From an uncultured Eubacteriales bacterium (GTDB lineage: Bacteria; Bacillota; Clostridia; Christensenellales; CAG-314), in contig CARAIG010000047.1 in NCBI GenBank assembly GCA_948938605.1, forward strand, positions 982 to 64,981: 64,000 nucleotides of DNA. Direction: 5' to 3'. Below are positions 1 to 10,671 of the stretch, one piece after another. Position 1 is the first letter of the stretch. Each line of letters starts with the position of its first letter. Both the position numbers and the translations under genes were made by a program. The notes below the pieces were generated by a model. The model saw nothing but the letters and a program-made list of their open reading frames with translations, was not told the DNA's origin and searched no databases.

Positions 1-1085
1 GCTTCGATAGCTTGGTGCAAACCGCCGCTGTAACGGCGTCCTTCCATTTTACGTCCCGTAAAGGAGTCAACGATTAAAATTTCGCCCTTTTCCACAATGT
101 AATCGTCGTCGCGACGCATAATTGCGTGAGCCTTTAAAGCATTGTTGATGTAATGGTTAATTTCGGTATTTTCCGGCGCAGACAAGTTGTCCACTTTAAA
201 AAACCGTTCCGCCTTTTTAACGCCCCTATCGGTAAGTCGCGCAGTTTTTTGTTTGCGGTCCACTACATAGTCGCCGTTAGGTTCGGTTTCGTTATCTTCC
301 GTTTTGCCTTCCTGATCGACATTGGTGGAATTTTGCAAAGTGCAGGCAAAGCGGTTGGCTGTAACATACATATCACTCGACTTACCGCTAGGTCCCGAAA
401 TGATTAAAGGAGTACGCGCTTCGTCGATCAAAATGCTGTCCACTTCGTCGATAATAACAAAATTCAATCCGCGCTGCACGCAGTTTGCTCGCGCGGTAGA
501 CATATTGTCCCTAAGGTAGTCGAAACCGAATTCGTTATTCGTTCCGTAAGTGATGTCACAGTTGTATGCGGCGCGTTTTTCGCGAGCGGTCATTTTGTTT
601 AACGTAACGCCGACGGTTAAACCTAAAAAGCGGAAAACCTTGCCCATCCACTCCATATCGCGGACGGCAAGATACTCGTTAACGGTAATGATGTGAACGC
701 CCTTGCCCGTTAAAGCGTTTAAGTACGCAGGCAACGTTTCGGTCAATGTTTTGCCTTCGCCCGTTGCCATTTGACAAATACGTCCTTGGTGCAACGCTAT
801 ACCGCCCAAAACCTGAACGTGGAAATGACGCTGCCTAAGCACACGCTTGCTTGCTTCGCGGCATACGGCGTAAGCATCGGGAAGCAACTTTTCCAACGCT
901 TCCCTGTCGTCGCACTTTTCCTTTTCTTTAAGTTCAACGTATCTGTTTTTAAGAATTTGCGTTTGCCCCGACAATTCGTCGTCGGTCATATTAATATATT
1001 CCGATTCCTTTTGTTCTACCAACTTCGCTATCTTTTCGAGTTTTTTGACGGCGACGGCGTTGGAATGACCGTATGGATCTCTCAT
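1..1085 (-). CDS. secA: Preprotein translocase ATPase SecA, N-terminal ~361 aa; the gene continues beyond the left edge
   Basis: Absent from the ORF track because it is truncated. My reverse-strand translation from ATG 1085 (RBS AAGGAG 6 nt upstream) reads [11 protein letters not shown]...[39 protein letters not shown]...[19 protein letters not shown]...[21 protein letters not shown]. These are the classic SecA motor-domain motifs. Confidence 0.93.
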   Translation of the reverse strand, partial: MRDPYGHSNAVAVKKLEKIAKLVEQKESEYINMTDDELSGQTQILKNRYVELKEKEKCDDREALEKLLPDAYAVCREASKRVLRQRHFHVQVLGGIALHQGRICQMATGEGKTLTETLPAYLNALTGKGVHIITVNEYLAVRDMEWMGKVFRFLGLTVGVTLNKMTAREKRAAYNCDITYGTNNEFGFDYLRDNMSTARANCVQRGLNFVIIDEVDSILIDEARTPLIISGPSGKSSDMYVTANRFACTLQNSTNVDQEGKTEDNETEPNGDYVVDRKQKTARLTDRGVKKAERFFKVDNLSAPENTEINHYINNALKAHAIMRRDDDYIVEKGEILIVDSFTGRKMEGRRYSGGLHQAIE

Positions 1086-1223
1086 ATAATTCTCCTTAAA
1101 ATAACCATTATTACGGCAATGTTTTTAAATTGTTAAACTTGCACGTATTTTACAGTATCGATAATATATTATTTTATCACAAAACTTACGCTACGGCAAG
1201 TTTACCGTAATTACTTTACAAAA

Positions 1224-3506
1224 CTACTTGTCGTCGTTTTCCGATTGTTCCCGCGATGCAGCGGTACTGAAATAACGTTGATGCATAGCGTTTTCTTCCT
1301 TTAAAAACCTGCACAAATTAGTGGATCGGGCGGCGACGTAATTGTTGCGTATCATCATTGCCAATATGCTTTTGCTGCCCACTATAACCACTGCACGCTT
1401 AGCACGGGTAATTGCAGTATACAATAAATTTTTGTTGATAATTTGCGGCGGACCGCTAACCAACGGAACTACCACGACGGGAAATTCGCTGCCTTGACTT
1501 TTGTGTATCGTAATGGCATACGCCAATTGCAAATCGGACAAATCCGCATTTGTATACATTGCCAAACGGTTGTCGTCAAACAACACCGTCAAAGTACCAG
1601 CCCCGCGGTCGATAGATTTGACTACACCGATATCGCCGTTAAACACTCCCGAACTTTCCTCGGTGGTGCCGTCTTCAAGGTAACGTCTGTACGGCAGTTC
1701 GTAGTTGTTTACCGTCTGCATAACCCTATCACCTACGCGGATAACCGTTTTGCCCGACATCATTTCCTGCTTGCCGTACATACGGGGGTTAAGCGACTGT
1801 TGTAAACGGACGTTTAGGTTGTCTACGCCCGCAACGCCGTTTTTTAACGGTCCCAATACTTGAATTTCGGACGATGGCAAATTTGTAAACTTAGGAAGCC
1901 TTGTAGTTACAAGTTCGACAACGGTATTGGATACTTGCTGCATATCGGTATACGGCATTACGAAAAAGTCGCGGCTGCGGTTGTTGATTTCGGGCATCTT
2001 GCCTTGATTGATAAGGTGTGCGTTGGTTACAATCAAACTGTCGTCCGACTGACGGTAAATGTGCGAAAGGTAGCGTATTTCCACCACTCCGCTGCGTATA
2101 ATATCCGCAAGCACGTTGCCAGCGCCGACGCTAGGAAGTTGATCCTTGTCGCCCACCATAATTATGCGTGTGCCGCTGTCCAAAGCAGACAGCAAACTGT
2201 ACATTACCGATACGTCCACCATAGACATTTCGTCGACGACTATCACGTCGCAAGGCAAAGTATTGTAACGGTTATACTTAAATTGCGGTCGGTCCCCCTT
2301 GACTTCGTAACCTAGCAAACGGTGAATGGTTTTAGCTTCCTTGCCGATTGCCTGCGACATACGCTTTGCCGCCCTGCCCGTAGGCGCGCAAAACTCCATA
2401 CGCAAACCGTGCGAAGTAAGGACATCCGCAATACAGTTGATAATTGTAGTTTTACCCGTACCCGGACCGCCGGTGATTACCGTTACGCCGTTGATTAAGG
2501 CGGACTTTACCGCGCCTAATTGTCCCGCGTGAAAAGTAATTTTGTTATTGCGCTCAAATTCCGCAATCAAAGTATCCGCATCGATTGCAATACGCTTTGC
2601 ATCGTGATTTAACTCTATTAGGCGCGAAGCAATACTTTTTTCCAACTTGTAGTATTTATTCAACGCTACACAGCGGACGTTATCCAATTCGAACACTTGA
2701 ATAAGGGGTTCCAACACCAGTTTTGTAATAGTGTTTTCCACAAGCTGTCCGCGTTCAACCAAATCCACTTCCAAAATTTCGCTGCACGCCTGCACTAAAT
2801 CGTCCAACGTCATATACGTATTGCCGTGCTTATCGGCGGATTCTTTAAGTTGGTAAATAATTGCCGCCCTTACGCGAAACTCGCCCGTAGCGTCGACACC
2901 CATACTTTGAGCTATTTTGTCCGCAGTAAGGAAACCTATTCCGTCAACGTCGTCTATTAAACGGTACGGATTGGCAAGTACAAGCGACTTGGTTTCGTCC
3001 TTGTAGATATTGTATATTTTTACCGCCAAATTTGTTGTTATACCGTAACTTTGCAAAAACATTATTTGCTGCTGCATACTTTTAAGTTCGGCAACGGCGT
3101 TGGAAATGTCCATTGCTTTCCTTTGGGATATTCCCTTTACCTTGACAAGCAGCATAGGATTGTTTTCGATTACGCTAAACGTGTCATCGCCGAACTTGTC
3201 GTAAATGTTATTGGCGGTAACTTCGCCCACGCCCTTGATTAAACCGCTGCTTAGATACTTAACTATGCCCGCTCGGCTGGTAGGGTCGCTCATAGTATAC
3301 GACTCGACAACAAGCTGTTCGCCGTAACGGTTGTGAACGCTTACCTTTCCGTTTAAGGTTAGTACGGCTCCGACGGACAGCGTAGGAAAACTACCGACGC
3401 ATACAATATCGTTTCCGTCGGTGCAATCTAAACTGAACACAGTATAACCGTTGTCTTCGTTGCGGAAAATTATGCCCGCAACCGTTCCTTTTACGCTAAG
3501 TTCCAA
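1224..3506 (-). CDS. recD2: SF1B ATP-dependent RecD-like DNA helicase (RecD2/YrrC type)
   Basis: 760 aa. N-terminus GIIFRNEDNGYTVFSL, Walker A GGPGTGKTT, Walker B VIVVDEMSMVD, and C-terminal AITIHKSQGSEFPVVV plus LLYTAITRAK. Confidence 0.9.
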   Translation of the reverse strand: MELSVKGTVAGIIFRNEDNGYTVFSLDCTDGNDIVCVGSFPTLSVGAVLTLNGKVSVHNRYGEQLVVESYTMSDPTSRAGIVKYLSSGLIKGVGEVTANNIYDKFGDDTFSVIENNPMLLVKVKGISQRKAMDISNAVAELKSMQQQIMFLQSYGITTNLAVKIYNIYKDETKSLVLANPYRLIDDVDGIGFLTADKIAQSMGVDATGEFRVRAAIIYQLKESADKHGNTYMTLDDLVQACSEILEVDLVERGQLVENTITKLVLEPLIQVFELDNVRCVALNKYYKLEKSIASRLIELNHDAKRIAIDADTLIAEFERNNKITFHAGQLGAVKSALINGVTVITGGPGTGKTTIINCIADVLTSHGLRMEFCAPTGRAAKRMSQAIGKEAKTIHRLLGYEVKGDRPQFKYNRYNTLPCDVIVVDEMSMVDVSVMYSLLSALDSGTRIIMVGDKDQLPSVGAGNVLADIIRSGVVEIRYLSHIYRQSDDSLIVTNAHLINQGKMPEINNRSRDFFVMPYTDMQQVSNTVVELVTTRLPKFTNLPSSEIQVLGPLKNGVAGVDNLNVRLQQSLNPRMYGKQEMMSGKTVIRVGDRVMQTVNNYELPYRRYLEDGTTEESSGVFNGDIGVVKSIDRGAGTLTVLFDDNRLAMYTNADLSDLQLAYAITIHKSQGSEFPVVVVPLVSGPPQIINKNLLYTAITRAKRAVVIVGSKSILAMMIRNNYVAARSTNLCRFLKEENAMHQRYFSTAASREQSENDDK

Positions 3507-3539
3507 AGTATCGTTTCCTTTATACGAAAATCTTTTATA

Positions 3540-4727
3540 TTACTTGTTTAAATGTTTTTTTAAATCGTTTACTTTGTCAAGCTGTTCCCAAGGGAAATCA
3601 GTTCTTCCGAAATGTCCGTAACTTGCAGTAGCAAGGTAAATAGGACGCTGCAATTGGAATTTGTCGATAATGGCGCGGGGGCGCAAGTCGAATTCGTCCG
3701 ATATTATTGACGACATTACGCTATCCGAAACTTTGCCCGTACCGAAAGTGTTTACGTCTACCGAAACGGGTTTGCTGCGACCTATCGCATAAGAAATTTG
3801 CAGTTGGATTTTGTCCGCAAGTCCTGCCGCTACGATATTTTTGCAAATGTAACGCGCCATATACGTTGCCGAACGGTCTACCTTGGTAGGGTCCTTTCCG
3901 CTGAACGCGCCGCCGCCATGAGCGCAGTATCCGCCGTAAGTGTCGACAATGATTTTACGTCCAGTAAGACCGCTGTCGGCAGCGGGACCACCTATTTCGA
4001 ACCTGCCCGTCGGATTAATGTAATACTTTGTTTCTTCGTCCAACAAATCGAGCGGCACTACTTGACGTATTACAAGGTTAATCATATCCTTTGCTATCGT
4101 TGCGCTGTCAACACTGGAACTGTGCTGAGTGGACAAAACTATTGTGTCGACTCGGCAAGGCTTGTCGTTTTCGTCGTATTCGACGGTAACCTGACATTTG
4201 CCGTCGGGGCGAAGGTAATCAACAAGATTATATTTGCGCACTTCCGCAAGACGTTGACTTATTTTGTGCGCAAGCATAATAGCCATAGGCATATATTCGG
4301 GAGTTTCGTTGCAGGCATAACCGAACATCATTCCTTGGTCGCCTGCGCCGTACATATCCAGTATTTCGCCGCGGTTTTTGTATTCGTTGGAACGGTCTAC
4401 GCCGAGAGCAATGTCGGGCGACTGTTTGTCCAACGAAATTATAACTCCGCAACTGTCGGCGTCAAAACCGTATTTAGCGCGTGTGTAACCGATACTGCGT
4501 ACCGTATCGCGCACGATTGTTGCGTAATCCGTAACCGCAGTTGTTGTAATTTGTCCCATTACGAACACAGTACCGGTGCAGACCACAGTTTCGCACGCTA
4601 CGCGCGCGTCGGGATCCTTGGCTAAAATAGCGTCCAGTATCGCGTCGGATATTTGGTCGCACATTTTGTCGGGATGCCCTTCGGTTACGCTTTCGGACGT
4701 AAAAAATCTGTGCTTGGTGTTTTTCAT
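3540..4727 (-). CDS. metK: S-adenosylmethionine synthetase
   Basis: [37 protein letters not shown] and the [16 protein letters not shown] signatures. I place the start at internal Met45 of the track ORF (ATG 4727, RBS GGAGG at 4738-4742). The upstream 132 nt of the track ORF covers the riboswitch terminator. Confidence 0.95.
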   Translation of the reverse strand: MKNTKHRFFTSESVTEGHPDKMCDQISDAILDAILAKDPDARVACETVVCTGTVFVMGQITTTAVTDYATIVRDTVRSIGYTRAKYGFDADSCGVIISLDKQSPDIALGVDRSNEYKNRGEILDMYGAGDQGMMFGYACNETPEYMPMAIMLAHKISQRLAEVRKYNLVDYLRPDGKCQVTVEYDENDKPCRVDTIVLSTQHSSSVDSATIAKDMINLVIRQVVPLDLLDEETKYYINPTGRFEIGGPAADSGLTGRKIIVDTYGGYCAHGGGAFSGKDPTKVDRSATYMARYICKNIVAAGLADKIQLQISYAIGRSKPVSVDVNTFGTGKVSDSVMSSIISDEFDLRPRAIIDKFQLQRPIYLATASYGHFGRTDFPWEQLDKVNDLKKHLNK

Positions 4728-4795
4728 TTTAATTTTTCCTCCGTCAAATAATTTGTTTGACGCAAAATGCGTCAAACCTATCGAAGGCGGGGATT

Positions 4796-4955
4796 GCAAC
4801 AAAAAGGTCTTGTCCATAGCAATAGACAAGACCGCAATTATCGCTTTTCGCCGTCCCATCTTTCAAGGTTGCCCCTTGCGGAATTTAGCACCTAACTTTA
4901 TTTTAGGTTGCTGTAACTTCACCGAGTCCGTCTCTCCGTTACTCTCGATAGGTTG
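4796..4955 (-). promoter_or_regulatory. SAM-I (S-box) riboswitch with its terminator expression platform, controlling metK
   Basis: The minus strand reads CTATCGAGAGTAACGGAGAGACGGACTCGGTGAAGTTACAGCAACC...GGTGCTAAATTCCGCAAGG...GAAAGATGGG. This matches the S-box core (ATCNAGAG..GGAGGGAC..GGCCC..GAAG..CAGCAACC..GGTGCTAAATCC..GAAAGAT). It is followed by the hairpin GGTCTTGTC/GACAAGACC (4806-4833) and a T-run. Confidence 0.88.
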
Positions 4956-5070
4956 CATTAATTGTACCACTAACATCTGTGATTGTCAACAATACGTAAA
5001 AAAATATTAACTTTCACTCTCGGCAGGCAACGCAGCTTCGCCGTCGACGTTTCCGTCGGCAGATAGACCG

Positions 5071-6453
5071 CTACCCCCCCCCCTTGACGTTTTTGCGTTT
5101 AAACTTGACAAATACAATTACATTCATTAACGCAAACAATCCTACAAGGGCAGCAAGGGTTATTAAACTTGCCGTCATACCGCCTGCGGCATAACCTGCA
5201 AGCAACAGCATCGGAAAGCCGAACGCCATAGCCGGAACGCTTTGCATAATAAGGTTGTTTGCAGCGGGCGTTTGGAACTTGGGATCGATTTCACGCAAGA
5301 GAATCATACCTGTGCTTGCAGTACCCGTAAGCATACCGAACAAGGACACCATTGCTTGATAACGGTACGTCGGATAAAGCCTTTTGCATACGATGTTCAA
5401 ATATACAAACGTGACGGCTGTACCGAATACGCACAATAAAAGTAACGGCAGCCAAAGTTTTTGTATTACGTCGAACTTTATTGCGGAAATACCTGCAAGA
5501 ATCATCATATCGAACACAAAGCCCGAAATACGGTTCATCATATAATTGTTGATATAATCGTGCTTCATTATGTTGCGTTTGCGCAACAGCTGAATTATCT
5601 TTTTAACCAACAATGCAAACAAAGTACCGAACAGGAAGTTAAATCCCCAAATAAGCGGCTTTAACGTTTTTTCGCCGAAGTTGCCCATAATACCGGTATC
5701 GATGATTGCCGTAATACCCCACATAAGCAAAAACGTAATGAGATACGTACCCATAACTATTGCAACTTGAACGGTAAACTTGTCGATAGAATCGGACAGT
5801 GGAATGTCATTGGGCGAATCCGCTTGTTCGATGACTTCGGAATACTCCCCTTCCACAACGTCCAAAAGACGGTTTTTGCGTTTGAGAATATTAAGATAAA
5901 TAACGCCGACTATGCACGCAACCAAAAATCCTACGGTGGCTATTGTAAGCCCGAAACTTGCGCCTTCGAACAAACCGTGCTGAGCATACGTCGTACCGAA
6001 GTTGAGCGCTTGTCCCGGTCCTTGACCGAAGCCTAACGGCAACAGCAAACCTGCCGCGGGGATAAGCCCCGAAATAACCAAAGACAGCAATATGGTAATA
6101 ACTATACCTACTATGCCTTGAATTAAATACGTGCCTACAACAACGGCGCCTGTTTTTATTACAATGCCCGTACCGTCCGACTTGTTTACGTTGCTTTTTA
6201 AAGCTATTGCAATAAAGCCGAATGCCAAGCAGTGATACGCAACCCCTTCCATAAAGGTAGCGTCGATAAAATTGTTTACGGCAGGAATAAACTTAAACAA
6301 CAAAATTATAATTCCGCCGACAACGGCGCTTGGAAGCAACGACTTGCGCACAAACGGAACAAGCCTGCGTATAGTGTTTCCCACAAGTGCGGCTACAAGC
6401 AAAATGCTTATTTGCACTAGCGCGGACCAAAACGAATAGTCCCATGTATTCAT
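5071..6453 (-). CDS. Sodium/glutamate symporter family (GltS/ESS-like) membrane transporter
   Basis: 460 aa and polytopic. The N-terminus (LVGNTIRRLVPFVRKSLLPSAVVGG) and the internal GFGQGPGQA and GMLTGTASTG segments resemble E. coli GltS. The start overlaps the upstream gene's stop by 4 nt. Confidence 0.65.
   Translation of the reverse strand: MNTWDYSFWSALVQISILLVAALVGNTIRRLVPFVRKSLLPSAVVGGIIILLFKFIPAVNNFIDATFMEGVAYHCLAFGFIAIALKSNVNKSDGTGIVIKTGAVVVGTYLIQGIVGIVITILLSLVISGLIPAAGLLLPLGFGQGPGQALNFGTTYAQHGLFEGASFGLTIATVGFLVACIVGVIYLNILKRKNRLLDVVEGEYSEVIEQADSPNDIPLSDSIDKFTVQVAIVMGTYLITFLLMWGITAIIDTGIMGNFGEKTLKPLIWGFNFLFGTLFALLVKKIIQLLRKRNIMKHDYINNYMMNRISGFVFDMMILAGISAIKFDVIQKLWLPLLLLCVFGTAVTFVYLNIVCKRLYPTYRYQAMVSLFGMLTGTASTGMILLREIDPKFQTPAANNLIMQSVPAMAFGFPMLLLAGYAAGGMTASLITLAALVGLFALMNVIVFVKFKRKNVKGGG
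5074..5083 (-). repeat. G10 homopolymer (C10 on the plus strand) encoding the C-terminal GGG, directly before the stop codon
   Basis: The minus strand reads AAC GTC AAG GGG GGG GGG TAG. Confidence 0.9.
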
Positions 6454-7598
6454 AAATTAACTCCTTGATACAAATGTAAATACTTAACGGGACAAAACTT
6501 GTCGTCGCCCGTAATTTGATAAGTTATACCGTCAACGTAAAATTCAAACTTGTTTTTGCGCACAATGGCGAAACCGCTCATATCGCCATACAAAAACCGA
6601 GTTTCGATACGCTTAGACGAAAAAGTTATCCCTTCCGTATCTGCGCTTACGCTGCCTTTGGCAAGACGTTTTTTACGTTTTCCACCGCCGCTTCGGTACA
6701 GTTCGGTTGCATTATCCGCAATAACCGTTCCCGTAGACGTTTGCGCAATTCGGCGCATTTCGTCACGCTGCCATTCGTACCAAGGCAAAACGGTATCGAA
6801 CTTGTCGGCAGGTTCGATGTGCAAGTCCTCGGTATATGTCCATTCGTTGTTGCAGTTTACGCATTTAAACTTAGTTCTTTTAGACGTTATTGTTGATATT
6901 TTACCGCAATGCGGACACATATACAACGCCCTTTGGATATTTTCCGCACGGCGCTTGTTTTTAAACTTAACTCCGCTGTCCGCATCGTATACCGTAAGAT
7001 TTTTGCAAACAAACTCATACAATTGTTCGTTGGACATATTTTTAAATTCGTCGGGAGTTAAAACCGCCTTGACGTATCCGCACATTTTTCCTTTGCGAAT
7101 TTTTGTTCCCCAACGCGGATCCGAACCGTAACCGCCTTCGATATTATACAACACCAACGGCACATTGCACATTTTGACAAACTTAGATACGGCGTCGGTC
7201 ATTTCCCACTGCGCTCCGCTTAAAGTACGGTTTCCTTCGGGGAAAATGCCTACCGCACCCCCTTCGCGCGCAACGCGTACACAATCGCGTATTGCGTGCA
7301 TATCCATACCCGATTTCATTTTAGGTATGGGCGCAACCAAAAATTTAATTATAGGCGTAGCAACGGGAATGTTAAACAAATCGTCGGTAGAGCAAAAATA
7401 AATAGGACATTTAAACGACAGCGACGCAAAAAACGGATCCAATGCGGTTGTATGGTTTGACATCAACAAAAAAGGCGGTTTCAAACAGGACTTTTCCGCC
7501 TTGTAGTTATACCTTAATTTTGTATGAATTCCGAATATACCGCGCAAAACGGCAAAAACCGCTTTATGCCGCGTGCGCAACCATTTTCTTTTAGCCAT
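6450..7598 (-). CDS. PlsC-type lysophospholipid/glycerol-3-phosphate acyltransferase family protein with a C-terminal zinc-ribbon extension
   Basis: The HX4D motif is NHTTALD and the second acyltransferase motif is FPEGNRT. A CPHC...CVNC ribbon lies at aa 228-249 (nt 6852-6917), followed by about 130 more residues. Confidence 0.75.
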   Translation of the reverse strand: MAKRKWLRTRHKAVFAVLRGIFGIHTKLRYNYKAEKSCLKPPFLLMSNHTTALDPFFASLSFKCPIYFCSTDDLFNIPVATPIIKFLVAPIPKMKSGMDMHAIRDCVRVAREGGAVGIFPEGNRTLSGAQWEMTDAVSKFVKMCNVPLVLYNIEGGYGSDPRWGTKIRKGKMCGYVKAVLTPDEFKNMSNEQLYEFVCKNLTVYDADSGVKFKNKRRAENIQRALYMCPHCGKISTITSKRTKFKCVNCNNEWTYTEDLHIEPADKFDTVLPWYEWQRDEMRRIAQTSTGTVIADNATELYRSGGGKRKKRLAKGSVSADTEGITFSSKRIETRFLYGDMSGFAIVRKNKFEFYVDGITYQITGDDKFCPVKYLHLYQGVNL

Positions 7599-7730
7599 AT
7601 GTTTTTTTTTCTTCTTTTTGATTTGATTTTACCCAATATAACTGAAAACGGGTTGAAAATTTACAAGTTTATTTTAAGTAAAGATACCGTTAAAACAGTT
7701 TAAAACAAATCCGATACTTTACACAAAAAT

Positions 7731-8399
7731 TTAACGCTCGCCTAAATTGACCGACAACACGCGGTATTCGACAAAGCAATCGCATTGTCCCGCAGTAGTA
7801 AGATAGTATTGCGTTTTACCGTCGTTAACCGTTACCGTTTGCCATTTTTGTTCCGTCGCGTCTGTTTGTTCGGGAATAAAAGTTTTGCCCCCGTCACGCT
7901 TAAACAACGCTTCCTTTGCCGTCCACAACTTGTTAGCGTACAATGCGCGGCGTTCGTCGGGCAACTGCCAAGCAAACGCTTGTTCGTTTTTGCACAGTAT
8001 CCTGTTTTGCAACTTGACATCGAAACGCGAAATATCGACTTTTTCGACATCTAAGCCTACGGGCTTGTCCGACAATGCAACCGCTACAATACAGCCGCTG
8101 TGAGTAAGGGAAAACTTGCAAACGTCACAACTCCACTTGCCGTTAACATCCAGCACAAAGTTTACATCACACAACTGCTTACGGTAAACGTCGCGCAATG
8201 CAATTTCTAGCAATTTAAAGGCGTAGTATTTGCTTTGACGGACGTTTACGTCCTTGCAGCAATCTATTTCCGCTTGACGCGCAGGCGGCATATAACCGCT
8301 TAAAACGTCAAATGGATATTTGGCGGCAAAAACGTAAATTTTTTGTATCGGGTTGCTGTTCATATCGCTAAGAATACCATTTTTTTTTAAAACCGTCAA
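7731..8399 (-). CDS. 4'-phosphopantetheinyl transferase, Sfp type
   Basis: SLTHSG...VGLDVEKV and WTAKEALFK are the PPTase superfamily motifs. The start is uncertain: TTG at 8399 or ATG at 8363, and neither has a good RBS. Confidence 0.7.
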   Translation of the reverse strand: MTVLKKNGILSDMNSNPIQKIYVFAAKYPFDVLSGYMPPARQAEIDCCKDVNVRQSKYYAFKLLEIALRDVYRKQLCDVNFVLDVNGKWSCDVCKFSLTHSGCIVAVALSDKPVGLDVEKVDISRFDVKLQNRILCKNEQAFAWQLPDERRALYANKLWTAKEALFKRDGGKTFIPEQTDATEQKWQTVTVNDGKTQYYLTTAGQCDCFVEYRVLSVNLGER

Positions 8400-8493
8400 T
8401 CTAATTGCCGTAACACACGCGAACGATGTAAGCCGAATACATCAAAATTAAAGCCCTTTGCAAAAATAAGCAAAGGACTTTAAAGTAAATTTG

Positions 8494-10434
8494 TTATTCG
8501 GTTTTAACGTCGGCGCCGTCTGCGTCGTCGTGAATATCGGCGGGCGGTTGTCCGTTGTCCGCAGTTTGTTGTTTGCGTTTTTCGATTTCCTCCAACATCA
8601 TATCGTAGTACTCTTCGGTAATAATAAACTTTTTGTGTTGAACGATAAGCGCAGCTGCTATGAACAAAATGGGAACAAGGGTTACGCCCATACGCAGCCA
8701 TACCCGCATTGACGTAGTACGTTTATCGCGGAAGTTGTTGTTTGCCGCATTATAAATTGTTCCGTCGGGTTGTTCGTACGTAATGGAAAACCTGTATTTG
8801 ACGTTGCCGCTTGCCGTAAGTTCGGATTCGGCACCAGCGTCCTGCAAATCCTTTACAAAACAGACAAAAGTTGCAGTTTCCTTTTGCTTGCCGTTTTCCG
8901 TTACGGTTTCAACGCGCATAACGGCAATGTCGCCAATAGCGTCAAGGTATTCGGCAGAAATTTGGTGTCCCGCTAACGGGTACACTTTTTGTCCGTTTAA
9001 AGTTTTTTCGTATGTGTCGATTTTTTCGGTAAATGCCGAAGCAAATTCCTTGTCGGAGCGTTGCTGCTCGGTTGCGCTGTTCCATTCGACGCGCAATTCG
9101 TTTATGCTGTCGATGTAACAAATTTGTTGTTCGGTCGTCATCGAATCGGCGTTAAAGTAACTGTTTTGCGATTCCAACGTGGAAATATTTTGCGACAAAC
9201 CGTAAACCATAGATACGGTAAGCACAAGGGTAACTATACCGTACTTTAACGCTTCGGCAAACTTTGCCATAAAGGGACGCAAAGTGGACACTACCGCTTC
9301 GTTACGTTCGCCGCGTTTGTATTCGTTGTATTCGACGCAGTTAGTCATATTGATTATACTTGACATATAAAACAGCGCTTGACCGACAAATACCAATATG
9401 CCGAAACCGCTTAAAGTGTACAAGTTAAAGGGGAACCACTCCGCCCAACCTATTAACGCAATGCCCGCATATCCTACGCAAGCAGTAATTATGGAAATAA
9501 CTTGCAATTTACGTCTGCCTAACTTTTTGACGATAACGGGGTAAAGCAATTGCGAAAGTATGTTGAATATGCCGAAAATTGCCACAAACACTATTGCGTT
9601 GCCGTCGTAGCCTATTTCGAGATAATACAAGTTGTAAGCAAAACCTACAAGCATTGCCGAACCTACGTTATAAAACAACATTGACAACGTCATCCAAAGT
9701 ATTTGGTCGTTGTGACGGATTGTATTCCACATTTGCTTTAAGGAAATTTTTTCGTTAACTTCCATTTGCGCGCGGGGACGTTCCTTAACGAACAATGCCA
9801 TTACCACTTGCATTGCTACAAATATTGCGGCTATGCCGATACTTAACCACCTAAACGCTTCGCGGACGTGACCGGGGTAAATCATAGGAATAACGCCCTG
9901 TGCCGCAAACGCACCGATACCTGCAAATACAACGGTCAACATTGTTGCCGAATCACGTTGCGACTGTTTGCTTGACAAGCTTGCAAGCATCGACCAATAG
10001 CCGATGTCGTTCATTGTAAACGCCGTTTCCCACAGCAAATACATTACCACCATAAAAGCGATAAAGCCCCAACCAGACAACGATTGCACGTTAAACATTA
10101 TAACGATTATTATACCGGTAAGTATTGCGCCTATCATTATCCAAGGACGAAACTTGCCCATCTTCATATGCGTGCCTTCGATAATTGCACCCATCATAGG
10201 ATCGTTTACGGCATCCCAAATACGCCCTACTACGCCGATAAGCATACTTATAGTTGCAAACTGCAAAACGTTTAGCGTTGTGCCGAACTGTACGTAAGCC
10301 AACAAAAACGACGCTATCAATTGATATGCCATATCCCTGCCTATGCCCGAAACTCCGAACAACCATTTGTTACGGTTAAACTGTCTGTCTTCGGCAGAGA
10401 GCGGGGTTTTTGCTTTTAAAACTTTTTCCGCCAT
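8494..10434 (-). CDS. GPH-family (MelB-like) glycoside/cation symporter with a ~160-aa hydrophilic insert before the last transmembrane helix
   Basis: DAVNDPMMGAIIEGT is the GPH signature, and I count 12 predicted helices. The start is set at ATG 10434 (RBS AAGGAG 5 nt upstream), not the track's GTG at 10440. Confidence 0.8.
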   Translation of the reverse strand: MAEKVLKAKTPLSAEDRQFNRNKWLFGVSGIGRDMAYQLIASFLLAYVQFGTTLNVLQFATISMLIGVVGRIWDAVNDPMMGAIIEGTHMKMGKFRPWIMIGAILTGIIIVIMFNVQSLSGWGFIAFMVVMYLLWETAFTMNDIGYWSMLASLSSKQSQRDSATMLTVVFAGIGAFAAQGVIPMIYPGHVREAFRWLSIGIAAIFVAMQVVMALFVKERPRAQMEVNEKISLKQMWNTIRHNDQILWMTLSMLFYNVGSAMLVGFAYNLYYLEIGYDGNAIVFVAIFGIFNILSQLLYPVIVKKLGRRKLQVISIITACVGYAGIALIGWAEWFPFNLYTLSGFGILVFVGQALFYMSSIINMTNCVEYNEYKRGERNEAVVSTLRPFMAKFAEALKYGIVTLVLTVSMVYGLSQNISTLESQNSYFNADSMTTEQQICYIDSINELRVEWNSATEQQRSDKEFASAFTEKIDTYEKTLNGQKVYPLAGHQISAEYLDAIGDIAVMRVETVTENGKQKETATFVCFVKDLQDAGAESELTASGNVKYRFSITYEQPDGTIYNAANNNFRDKRTTSMRVWLRMGVTLVPILFIAAALIVQHKKFIITEEYYDMMLEEIEKRKQQTADNGQPPADIHDDADGADVKTE

Positions 10435-10671
10435 AAACACTCCTTGTTAATTAACTTTATTACAATTATTTCAACGATTAAATAACCTTAAAATATTCTT
10501 AACCGTTACAGTATATCACATTGCATAACATAAATGTTAATAAATGAAAAATAGACGTTACAATTTTTTTTATAGCAATAATTAAATATATCCACTCCTT
10601 TTTTAATTTCCGTTAAAACTTATACCGACAAATAAGTATGCGGGCGGATACCGTCCGTATTACAAAACGCA

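Noticed and set aside
3798-4625. 275-aa plus-strand ORF.
   Set aside because: It is entirely antisense to the highly conserved metK gene. It has no RBS or family resemblance and is a typical shadow ORF.
4728-4859. N-terminal extension of the metK ORF (track start 4859, 439 aa).
   Set aside because: The extra 44 codons run through the SAM riboswitch terminator hairpin and lack an RBS. Met45 has GGAGG at the right distance and gives the canonical MetK N-terminus.
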